From Alphaproteobacteria bacterium (GTDB lineage Bacteria; Pseudomonadota; Alphaproteobacteria; SHVW01), in the NCBI GenBank assembly GCA_016869645.1, contig VGDO01000003.1, forward strand, positions 14,875 to 78,874: 64,000 bases of DNA, given 5' to 3'. This document shows, piece by piece, positions 39,782-48,188 of the stretch. The notes beneath the pieces are model-generated. The model was given only the letters and a program-made list of their open reading frames with translations. It did not search any database and was not told the DNA's origin. Made by a program: the position numbers and the translations under genes. Positions within the stretch are counted from its first letter, which is position 1. Each line of letters starts with the position of its first letter.

Positions 39782-40801
39782 ATGACGGAAATCGCATCCT
39801 CGATCACGACCGACATCGATTTCGAGAGTGCGGGCAAGCAGGTCGGCTATCTCAAGGTTCCGCACGGCCGGGACGATTCGGCGCTCGGTACGCTGCTGGT
39901 TCCGGTCACGGTCGTGCGCAATGCCGAGGGGCCGACGCTCCTGCTTGCCGCCGGGAGTCACGGCGATGAGTACGAGGGCCCGGTCGCGCTCATGAAGCTG
40001 GCGCGCGACTTGCGGCCGGAGGCGGTCAAGGGCTGCGTCATCATCCTGCCCGCGCTCAACCTGCCGGCACTGCAGTCCGGCCACCGCCATTCGCCGATCG
40101 ACGGCAAGGCGATCAGCGCCTGTTTTCCCGGCTCGCGCCAGGGCACGATCACCGAGGCAATCGCCCATTTCGTGCGCGACGAATTGGTCGACCGTGCCGA
40201 TGTCGTGCTCGACCTGCAATCCGGCGGCCGGTCGATGATCTATCTGCCCAATGTCGCGGTACCGCGCCAGGAAGACCGCGAGCAGATGGCGCGCGCCTTG
40301 AGCGCCGCCCGCGCCTTCGGCGCGCCGGTCGGCCTGGTGCGTGGCGATCTCGATCGCGAGGGCACGCTCGCCGCCATCGTCGGCGCCGGCAACAAGCTCT
40401 ACATCACCACCGGCCTCGGCGGGGGCGGCATGGTCTCGCCCGATACGGTGACCATCGCGGAGACCGGGATCGGCAATCTGCTCAAGCACTTCGGCGTCAT
40501 CGAAGGCGACATCGTGCCGCCGCGCGCCCAGGGCCGCAGCGACACGAGGCTCATGCAAATGACCGACGCTGAAAGCCTGGCGCTGGCGCACGATGCGGGG
40601 ATCTACGAGCCCTTCGTGGAAATCGGCGACGCGATCGAGGCCAGCCAGCCGCTCGGCCAGATCCATTTCGTCGAGGACCTCGACCGCCGGCCGCGCCAGC
40701 TGCTGGCCTGGCGCGCCGGGCTGCTGATCGCCCGGCGCGTGCCGGGCCGGGTCGAGCGGGGCGACTGCGTCGCCATCATCGCTGAAGCATATCCCGAGTA
40801 G
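39782..40801 (+). CDS. Succinylglutamate desuccinylase/aspartoacylase (DoeB-like) fold protein with a degenerate active site
   Basis: GKQVG, HGDEYEG, R.SPID and FPG retained. DLQSG replaces DxHSG and TTGLGG replaces TELGG. Confidence 0.8.
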   Translation: MTEIASSITTDIDFESAGKQVGYLKVPHGRDDSALGTLLVPVTVVRNAEGPTLLLAAGSHGDEYEGPVALMKLARDLRPEAVKGCVIILPALNLPALQSGHRHSPIDGKAISACFPGSRQGTITEAIAHFVRDELVDRADVVLDLQSGGRSMIYLPNVAVPRQEDREQMARALSAARAFGAPVGLVRGDLDREGTLAAIVGAGNKLYITTGLGGGGMVSPDTVTIAETGIGNLLKHFGVIEGDIVPPRAQGRSDTRLMQMTDAESLALAHDAGIYEPFVEIGDAIEASQPLGQIHFVEDLDRRPRQLLAWRAGLLIARRVPGRVERGDCVAIIAEAYPE

Positions 40802-40963
40802 CTGGAAAAGCCTTGCACGATCCGGAAAAACCGGGCGAGATATGGTCACAAATGGAGAATACTGGATACCACGGTCTTGTTCGCCCGCCACGACGGGTTA
40901 AGCTGGGCCTCGGGTACTTGAGCCGTCTCAACCAATTCATCACACCACGGGAGGAGATCCACA

Positions 40964-42118
40964 ATGACCAAGACCGATAAGTCTGCGGCCGCGATGCCGA
41001 GCCGCCGGCGATTCCTGAAGGCCGCGGGCGCGGTCGCGGCGGGCGCGAGCGCCTTGGCGGCGCCGCGCATCGCGACCGCTCAAGCGACGCCGATCACCAT
41101 GCGCTGGCAAAGCACCTGGCCGGCGAAGGATATCTTCCACGAATATGCCGGCGACTTCGCCAAGAAGGTCAATGACATGACCGGCGGCGAGCTGCGCATC
41201 GAAGTGCTGCCGGCCGGTGCCGTGGTGCCTGCCTTCGGTCTGCTCGACGCGGTCTCGTCCGGCACGCTCGATGGCGGCCATGGCGTGCTCGTTTACCACT
41301 ACGGCAAGCAGAATGCGCTGGCGCTGTGGGGCTCGGGCCCGGGCTTCGGCATGGATGCCCAGCAGCTCATGGCTTGGCACAAGTACGGCGGCGGCAAGGA
41401 GCTGCTCCAGAAGCTCTACGCATCGATCAACGCCAACGTCGTATCCTTCCCCTACGGGCCGATGTGGACGCAGCCGCTCGGCTGGTTCAAGAAGCCGGTC
41501 CAGAAGGCCGAGGATCTCAAGGGCCTGAAGTTCCGCACCGTCGGCCTGTCGATTGACGTGTTCACCGGCATGGGCCTCGCGGTCAATGCGCTGCCCGGCG
41601 GCGAAATCGTTCCGGCCATGGATCGCGGCCTGCTCGACGCGGCCGAGTTCAACAATGCGACGTCCGACCGCATCCTTGGCTTCCCGGATGTGTCGAAGGT
41701 CTGCATGCTGCAGAGCTACCACCAGAACGCCGAGCAGTTCGAGATCATGTTCAATAAGACGAAGTTCGACGCTCTGCCGGCCAAGATGCGTGCGATCATC
41801 GAAAACGGCGTCGAAGCCGCCTCGCAGGACCTGGTTTGGAAGTCGATACACCGGTACTCGCAGGACTACATTGAGATGCAGACCAAGGATAAGGTCCGCT
41901 TCTATAAGACGCCCAATTCGATCCTCCAGGCCCAGCTCGTGGCTTATGACGCCGCGGCCGCCAAGAAGGGCGAAGGCAATGCCCTCTTCAAGGAGATCGA
42001 GGCTTCGCAGCGCGCCTTTGCCGAGCGCGCCGTGAAGTGGGATCTCGACACCAACGTCCGTCGCGAGATGGCGTACAACCACTACTTCGGCAAGAAGCCG
42101 GCGCCCAAGAAGGGCTGA
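40964..42118 (+). CDS. dctP: TRAP substrate-binding protein (TakP-like keto-acid binding clade), Tat signal
   Basis: SRRRFLK Tat motif; WQSTW, QPLGWFKK, GLKFR and LDAAEF motifs. Confidence 0.9.
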   Translation: MTKTDKSAAAMPSRRRFLKAAGAVAAGASALAAPRIATAQATPITMRWQSTWPAKDIFHEYAGDFAKKVNDMTGGELRIEVLPAGAVVPAFGLLDAVSSGTLDGGHGVLVYHYGKQNALALWGSGPGFGMDAQQLMAWHKYGGGKELLQKLYASINANVVSFPYGPMWTQPLGWFKKPVQKAEDLKGLKFRTVGLSIDVFTGMGLAVNALPGGEIVPAMDRGLLDAAEFNNATSDRILGFPDVSKVCMLQSYHQNAEQFEIMFNKTKFDALPAKMRAIIENGVEAASQDLVWKSIHRYSQDYIEMQTKDKVRFYKTPNSILQAQLVAYDAAAAKKGEGNALFKEIEASQRAFAERAVKWDLDTNVRREMAYNHYFGKKPAPKKG

Positions 42119-42130
42119 CCCCAAAGTGCG

Positions 42131-42173
42131 GCGAGACACCATTCCCCTAGCGGGATGGTGTCTCGCTTTTTCT
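42131..42173 (+). terminator. Intrinsic terminator/attenuator after the TRAP SBP gene
   Basis: GCGAGACACCATTCC...GGGATGGTGTCTCGC stem followed by TTTTTCTT. Confidence 0.8.
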
Positions 42174-42207
42174 TGACGGCCGCACGCCGCTCCTCCATTC
42201 CCTATCC

Positions 42208-42900
42208 ATGACCGTCCAACGCTTTCTTCTCGCCACTGACCGCATCAGCGCATGGTCCGGCAAAGCCTTTGCTTGGCTCATCGTCGCGCTCGCGCTCGTC
42301 GTCGGCATCGAAGTCTTCAAGCGCTACATTCTGAACGCGCCGACGGCCTGGATCTTCGACCTCAACAGCATGCTCTACGGCACGCTGTTCATGATGTGCG
42401 GTGCCTACGCACTGGCACAGAATGCCCATGTGCGCGGCGATTTTCTCTATGGCTCCATGAAGCCGCGCGTGCAGGCAGCGCTCGATCTCACGCTCTATAT
42501 CCTTTTCTTTGTCCCTGGCATTCTGGCCCTTGCATATGCCGGCTACGGCTTTGCCGAGCTGTCCTGGCGCATTAACGAGCACTCGAACGTCACGGCGGAC
42601 GGCCCGCCGGTCTACCACTTCAAGACGTTCATTCCGATCGCCGGCGTCCTGGTGATGCTTCAGGGCCTGACCGAGATCGCCCGATGCGTGGTCTGCCTAC
42701 GCACCGGCGAATGGCCTGCCAGGCTGAAGGACGTCGAAGAGATCGATGTGGTGGGTACACAACTTTCGCAAAGCGAGTTCGTGGACGAGGAGTCGCGTCG
42801 GGTCGCGGAGCACGCCCAGGACATCCAGGATGCCGCCAAGCATCGCGGTTTGGGGGAAAGTGGCGCGTCACCAGAGACGCGCGACGGAGGCAGGAATTGA
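42208..42900 (+). CDS. dctQ: TRAP small permease
   Basis: 4 TM segments; RY..NAPT.W and HVRGD motifs; between dctP and dctM. Confidence 0.9.
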   Translation: MTVQRFLLATDRISAWSGKAFAWLIVALALVVGIEVFKRYILNAPTAWIFDLNSMLYGTLFMMCGAYALAQNAHVRGDFLYGSMKPRVQAALDLTLYILFFVPGILALAYAGYGFAELSWRINEHSNVTADGPPVYHFKTFIPIAGVLVMLQGLTEIARCVVCLRTGEWPARLKDVEEIDVVGTQLSQSEFVDEESRRVAEHAQDIQDAAKHRGLGESGASPETRDGGRN

Positions 42901-44894
42901 GCGACCCGATCCTTGGCCTGACGATGCTCGGGCTGATCGTCATTGCAATCATGATGGGATTCCCGACCGCCTTCACGCTGATGGGCATGGGCATGCTCTT
43001 CGGTGCGCTGGCATTCTTCGATCCGGCGCAGCACTGGTGGGAGAACAAGATTTTCGACCTCATGGTGCAGCGCACTTACGGGGCGATGAACAACGACACG
43101 CTCATTTCGATCCCGCTGTTCGTGTTCATGGGATACCTGATCGAACGTGCCGCGCTGGTCGACAAGATGTTTCACAGCGTTCAGCTCGCGTTCCGGCGTC
43201 TGCCCGCCTCGCTGGCAGTGACGACGCTGATCGTCTGCGCCTTCTGGGGCATGGCGTCGGGAATCGTCGGAGCCGTCGTCGTATTGATGGGCGTCATTGC
43301 CCTTCGCCCGATGCTCAACGCCGGCTACGACGTCAGGCTCGCGTCCGGCGCCATCACGGCGGGAGGCACGCTCGGCATCCTGATCCCGCCTTCGGTCATG
43401 CTGATCGTCTATGCCGCGGTTGCCGGCCAGTCGATCGTCAAGCTCTACGCTGCCGCAATGCTCCCCGGCTTTTTTCTCGCTTCGCTCTATGTCATCTACA
43501 TCATCTGTCGCGCGCTCATCAACCCGCAGCTCGCGCCGAAGCTGTCGGCGGACCAGTATCGCGTGCCGGTCCCCGACTGGCTTGCGCGCTTGGAGCGCGG
43601 GGAATCCAAGCGCGTCTTCGGCGCATTGCTCCTAGCCGTGCTGCGCCCCGGCGTACTTGCCGGGGCGACGACCCCGGCCGGCCGGCCGGTGAGCTTTGGG
43701 TTTATTTTTCGTAACTTCGCCGCCGCCAGCGTGCCCCTCGTGTTGGTGCTGTCCCTGTTCTGCCTGACTTGGTGGTTCGTCCTGGTCCGCAATGCACCTG
43801 ACGCGATGCTTCCGCCGGAAGTATCGGTCGAGCAGACCGAAACGTTGCAGGCGCCAGCCGAAGATGAGGAGGTCAAGGAGCTCGGTGCCGGCGAGCAGGA
43901 GATGGAGGAGCAGCAAACGACCCGCAGCGGTCCCTTGGGCGACGTCGCACCCCGAACGGTCGAGGAAGGTGCCCCAGAAGGATTCTACGAGCGCTTCTGG
44001 ACTGCCGCCGCCTTCATGGCCGCGCTCTTGCTCTTCTACTACTGGCGAATGGACGGCGAGCAGCTTGAGATTCTGAAAATGCTGACGTCGTCGGTTGTCC
44101 CGCTCGCCGTCCTGACGCTTTCGGTGCTCGGCGCGATTCTGTTCGGCATCACCACGGCCACCGAGTCCGCCGGTATCGGCTCGATCGGCGCCATGTATCT
44201 TGCGGCACTTCAAAAATATCAGCGGCTGACGCTGTGGTCCGCCCTGATCGGAGCGATCGTGGGCGCGTCGCTCGGTTCGATCCAAGGCGAAACGATGACC
44301 ATCATCATCTCCGGCGTGCTCGGCGGATTGTTCACAGGCACGGCCGTCGCCTGGGGACGCGACCTCGCCACCTCGCGACGCCTGTTCGCCACCATGAAAG
44401 AGTCGGTCTTCCTGACGGCCAAGACGACGGCCATGGTGTGCTGGCTGTTCGTCGGCTCAGCGCTGTTTTCCGCCGTGTTTGCGCTGCACGGCGGTCAGCA
44501 GGTGATCGAACAATGGGTACTTGGCCTCAATTTGACGCCCCTGCAGTTCATGCTCGTGGCGCAATTGATCATCTTCATTCTCGGCTGGCCGCTCGAGTGG
44601 ACCGAGATCATCGTTATCTTCGTACCGATCTTCATTCCGCTCTTGTCGCACTTCGGCATCGATCCGGTGCTGTTCGGAGCGATGGTCGCGGTCAATCTTC
44701 AGGCTGCCTTCCTGTCGCCCCCGGTCGCCATGTCAGCGTTCTACCTGAAGGGCGTTGCGCCCAAGCACGTCACGCTCAACCAGATCTTTGCAGGCATGAT
44801 GCCGTACATGCTCATCGTCGTCCTGTGCCTCGTCATCATGTATGCGTGGCCGGGCATGACGCTGATGCTGCCCGATTTCCTCTACGGCAGGTAG
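42897..44894 (+). CDS. dctM: TRAP large permease, enlarged by an internal insertion
   Basis: GFPTAFTL, SIPLFVFMG, GGTLGILIPPS, TATES and FLSPP motifs. TTG start overlaps the dctQ stop. Confidence 0.9.
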   Translation: MSDPILGLTMLGLIVIAIMMGFPTAFTLMGMGMLFGALAFFDPAQHWWENKIFDLMVQRTYGAMNNDTLISIPLFVFMGYLIERAALVDKMFHSVQLAFRRLPASLAVTTLIVCAFWGMASGIVGAVVVLMGVIALRPMLNAGYDVRLASGAITAGGTLGILIPPSVMLIVYAAVAGQSIVKLYAAAMLPGFFLASLYVIYIICRALINPQLAPKLSADQYRVPVPDWLARLERGESKRVFGALLLAVLRPGVLAGATTPAGRPVSFGFIFRNFAAASVPLVLVLSLFCLTWWFVLVRNAPDAMLPPEVSVEQTETLQAPAEDEEVKELGAGEQEMEEQQTTRSGPLGDVAPRTVEEGAPEGFYERFWTAAAFMAALLLFYYWRMDGEQLEILKMLTSSVVPLAVLTLSVLGAILFGITTATESAGIGSIGAMYLAALQKYQRLTLWSALIGAIVGASLGSIQGETMTIIISGVLGGLFTGTAVAWGRDLATSRRLFATMKESVFLTAKTTAMVCWLFVGSALFSAVFALHGGQQVIEQWVLGLNLTPLQFMLVAQLIIFILGWPLEWTEIIVIFVPIFIPLLSHFGIDPVLFGAMVAVNLQAAFLSPPVAMSAFYLKGVAPKHVTLNQIFAGMMPYMLIVVLCLVIMYAWPGMTLMLPDFLYGR

Positions 44895-44911
44895 GCACCG
44901 ACCGAAAACCC

Positions 44912-44939
44912 GAAGGGGCGGTCTTGCGACCGCCCCTTC
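44912..44939. terminator. Hairpin between convergent genes (probable bidirectional terminator)
   Basis: GAAGGGGCGGTC-ttgc-GACCGCCCCTTC is a perfect 12-bp stem. Confidence 0.75.
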
Positions 44940-44969
44940 TCGATTCCGTGCTCGCCTGCGACCCAGGGT

Positions 44970-46115
44970 TCAGCCGCGCGCCATGACGCGCTGGTACTGG
45001 CGCTGCCAATTGTCGGCGTTCTTGCTCCAGTAGAGCGGGTCGAGCGTGTCGTAGCCTGCCAGCGTGCCGGTCGGATCGAAGCCGGGAATGGCCGCGGCCT
45101 CCTGCGGCACCGGATGCTTCTTCGGATCGAGCAGCGGCGCATTGCCGACCTCGATCGACAGCGGGATCGCCACCTCGGGCCGCAGCAGGATGTCGGCCAT
45201 CTCGTAGTAGGCGTCCATCGGCGTGCCTTTGAGCGGCATCAGCGTGGCGAAGGTGACGTAGGTGCCCCTCTGCGGCCAGCCTTCGACGGGCACGCCCTGC
45301 TTCTTCAGGTTGTAGATGCGCACGAACCAGGCGTCGCCGAGAATGACGCTGCCGCTCGAGAAGAGCTGCATCTGCTCGGCGCCCGAGGCGAAGTATTTGA
45401 GGACGAGGCGCCGGCTCTCGCGGATCTTCTCCCAGACGGCTTCCATATCCTTGATGTTGTTCGGGTCCTGCTTGGTCTGCACGGCCGCGTACCAGATCCG
45501 GCGGATCCAGTAGTCCTCGCCGGTCATCTGGCCCTTGTATTTCGGCTCGAGCAGGATGTTGAAGCCCTTGGCCTCGACCTCGGCCTTGTCGACCTTCTCC
45601 TTGTTGTAGCCGAGCCAGACGCCCGAGATGCCGGTCGGCACGCCGGGAAGCTTGCCGTTGAAGATCTTGCGGTAGGAGTTGAGCGCCATCGGCACGACGT
45701 CGCCGAGGCGCGGGATCTTCTTTTCATCGAGCTCGACCGCGAATCCCGCCTCGATGAAGCGCAACGCCGTGCTCTCGTCGGCGCAGGAGAACACGTTGTA
45801 GGCGCCGACGCCTTCGGCGCGGATCTTGGCCAGCAGCTCGTCGGGGTTGCCGAACGATCCCTGGTTGATCGTGACGCCCTTGGCTCTCATCGGCTGGAAC
45901 ACGTGCTTGTCGACTGCCGCCTGGTAGACGCCGCCATAGGAGTCGAAGCGCAATGTCTGCGCGGCGAGCGCCTCGCGCGCCCAGCCGAGCATGCCCGTCA
46001 CAGTGACGCCCGAGGCGATGCCGAGGAGCGCGATGTGGCCGAGAAACGTCCGGCGGTCGATGTCGCCGTTGCCGTAGCGCTCGAGCGCGAGTCGGTAGCG
46101 GGTTTCCATGTCCAT
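44970..46115 (-). CDS. Stand-alone ABC substrate-binding protein (PotD/PotF-like), Tat signal
   Basis: DRRTFLG twin-Arg signal; SYGGVYQ, YN and AW.VR motifs; 381 aa. Confidence 0.82.
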   Translation of the reverse strand: MDMETRYRLALERYGNGDIDRRTFLGHIALLGIASGVTVTGMLGWAREALAAQTLRFDSYGGVYQAAVDKHVFQPMRAKGVTINQGSFGNPDELLAKIRAEGVGAYNVFSCADESTALRFIEAGFAVELDEKKIPRLGDVVPMALNSYRKIFNGKLPGVPTGISGVWLGYNKEKVDKAEVEAKGFNILLEPKYKGQMTGEDYWIRRIWYAAVQTKQDPNNIKDMEAVWEKIRESRRLVLKYFASGAEQMQLFSSGSVILGDAWFVRIYNLKKQGVPVEGWPQRGTYVTFATLMPLKGTPMDAYYEMADILLRPEVAIPLSIEVGNAPLLDPKKHPVPQEAAAIPGFDPTGTLAGYDTLDPLYWSKNADNWQRQYQRVMARG

Positions 46116-46150
46116 GACGGCCTCCCTTGTTCGCCGAGTGTTTGTCCGGT

Positions 46151-46168
46151 TGCACAGTATACTGCGTA
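46151..46168. promoter_or_regulatory. Palindromic operator-like site upstream of the orphan SBP
   Basis: TGCACAGTATACTGCGTA, with a perfect core CAGTATACTG at 46155-46164. Confidence 0.5.
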
Positions 46169-46281
46169 TCTACTCTAGGAATCGGTCACGCCGAAGTCAA
46201 ACTGACGCCGCAGCACATGCCAATAACTGCGGCGGCGTCTTCTTCGACACCGGACTATCGGCAAGCGCCACAGCGACACGG

Positions 46282-47235
46282 TTAGTTCTGGCTGCCGTCG
46301 AGAGAGATCCGCGGGTCGATGAGCGAGTACAACAGGTCTGTGACCAGGTTCGAAACGATCACCATCACGACGAACACGAGAAAGGCACCCTGCACGACCG
46401 GGAAGTCGCGATTGTTGATGGCGCTCAGCATGAGCTGGCCGAGTCCGGGCCAGGCGAAAATCGCTTCGACGATGATCGTACCCGCGAGCAGGCGCCCGAA
46501 CTGAACGCCGACCACGGTGACGGCCGGGATCAACGCGTTCCGAGCGGCATGGACGAGAATGACCGTTGCGGGCGAGAGGCCCTTACTGTGGGCGGTGCGG
46601 ATGTAGTCGAGCTGGAGAACCTCGGACATGGACGTTCGCACGAACCGGGTCAGAGCCGCGGCAATGTAGAGCGACAGCGTCAGCGCAGGCAGAAAAACCA
46701 GTTGTGCAAACTTCGCCGGCGAATCAATCGGCGAGACATAGCCCCCCGCCGGCAGCCAGTTCAACTCGACCGCGAACAGAAGCACGAAGATGATGCCCAG
46801 CCAGAAGTGCGGAATGGCGATGGCAACCGAGGTTCCGGCCGTCACGATGTGATCAAACACGCTGCCGCGCCGGATCGCTGCGACGATGCCCAGCGGGAAG
46901 GCCATAATCATCGCAAAGAGGATCGCGACCCCCGCCAGCGCGAAGGTGGCGGGAATCCGCTGCGCCAGCAGGTCGTGAACCGTGAAGCTCGACATGACGG
47001 AGCGTCCGACGTTGCCGTTGAGGATGCCGACGATCCAATTGACGTATTGCTGCCACAAGGGCTGGTCGAGCCCCAAGCGATGACGCATCGCCTCGATCGA
47101 CTCGGTCGTGGCCTCCACGCCGAGCAGCATGAGAACGGGGTCGCCTTCTGCCAGGTGAATGATGAGAAACACGGGAATGGACGCCATGAACATGACCGGA
47201 AGAATTTGAAGCAGCCGGCCGACCAGGTATCGCAT
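46282..47235 (-). CDS. Peptide ABC permease (DppB-like)
   Basis: GDP, LGLDQP, DYIRTAHSKG, RDFPVVQG and DPRI motifs. Start MRYLVGR at 47235. Confidence 0.9.
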   Translation of the reverse strand: MRYLVGRLLQILPVMFMASIPVFLIIHLAEGDPVLMLLGVEATTESIEAMRHRLGLDQPLWQQYVNWIVGILNGNVGRSVMSSFTVHDLLAQRIPATFALAGVAILFAMIMAFPLGIVAAIRRGSVFDHIVTAGTSVAIAIPHFWLGIIFVLLFAVELNWLPAGGYVSPIDSPAKFAQLVFLPALTLSLYIAAALTRFVRTSMSEVLQLDYIRTAHSKGLSPATVILVHAARNALIPAVTVVGVQFGRLLAGTIIVEAIFAWPGLGQLMLSAINNRDFPVVQGAFLVFVVMVIVSNLVTDLLYSLIDPRISLDGSQN

Positions 47236-47237
47236 GT

Positions 47238-48086
47238 TCAGCCGACCTTCCGCCGCGCGCGCACCTGGTGACTCTCGGACAGCGCGTCGGACATGAAGCT
47301 GATGAGCATCAGGAAAACCGTCAAGAAGATGCCCGGAAAAATGGCGTACCACTGGGCGCTCGACAGGAAGTTTCGGGAATCCCGGAGCATGATGCCGAGC
47401 GAGGGCTGCGGCGGCTGAGCGCCCAACCCGAGGAAGCTGAGACCGGCTTCGATGATCATGGCGTCGGCCACGGTCAGCGTCACCTGGACCAAGATGATCG
47501 GCAGGATATTGGGTAGTAGGTGGCGCATGACGATGCGGGACGGGCCGGCACCGATCGCGCGCGCCGCCTGCGCATATTCCTTTTCCTGCTCGCCGAGCAC
47601 ACCGGCCCGCGCCAGGCGCGCGATCAGCGGCAGGTTGATGACGGCGGCAGCGATGGCTGCGTTGTACAGACCTTTGCCGAGAAAAACCGCGACCGCCAAT
47701 CCAAGCAGCAGGCCCGGGAACGCCAGGATCGTGTCGAAAATACGACCGAGCACGGCGTCGACCGCACCGCGACAAAAGCCGGCGACCGTGCCGAGCACGG
47801 TCCCCGCCACCCCGGCCATGGCTGCGGCGAGAAAGCCGGTGACCAGTGACAGCTGTGCGCCGTGCAGGCAGCGCGAAAGTATATCGCGGCCGAGGTCGTC
47901 GGTGCCGAACCAGAAGCCCGGCCGAGGCGGCAGCAGCTCTTCGCCACGGAACTGCGCCTCGGGAGCGTAGGGGCTAACGATCGGCGCAAAGAGCACCAGC
48001 ATGCCGAGAACAACGAAGATAACGAAGCTCGTCATGCCCACGGCATGGCGGAAAAACCGCAACGATCTCAACTCAACCAAGATCAT
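47238..48086 (-). CDS. Peptide ABC permease (DppC-like)
   Basis: FGTDDLGRD, EYAQAARAIGA, HLLPN and LSFLGLG motifs. Confidence 0.9.
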   Translation of the reverse strand: MILVELRSLRFFRHAVGMTSFVIFVVLGMLVLFAPIVSPYAPEAQFRGEELLPPRPGFWFGTDDLGRDILSRCLHGAQLSLVTGFLAAAMAGVAGTVLGTVAGFCRGAVDAVLGRIFDTILAFPGLLLGLAVAVFLGKGLYNAAIAAAVINLPLIARLARAGVLGEQEKEYAQAARAIGAGPSRIVMRHLLPNILPIILVQVTLTVADAMIIEAGLSFLGLGAQPPQPSLGIMLRDSRNFLSSAQWYAIFPGIFLTVFLMLISFMSDALSESHQVRARRKVG

Positions 48087-48188
48087 CGTCCGCTCGCCGG
48101 CACGTCATTCAGGCGCCGGCACCATCGCCCGCAATCGCCCGCGGCCAAGCCTCCTGCCGCCGGGGGCAGATGCCCGCTCACCCACTGG

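Noticed and set aside
40802-40818. Possible sigma54 promoter TGGAAAAGCCTTGCA upstream of the TRAP operon
   Set aside because: The GG-to-GC spacing is 9 nt rather than the required 10.
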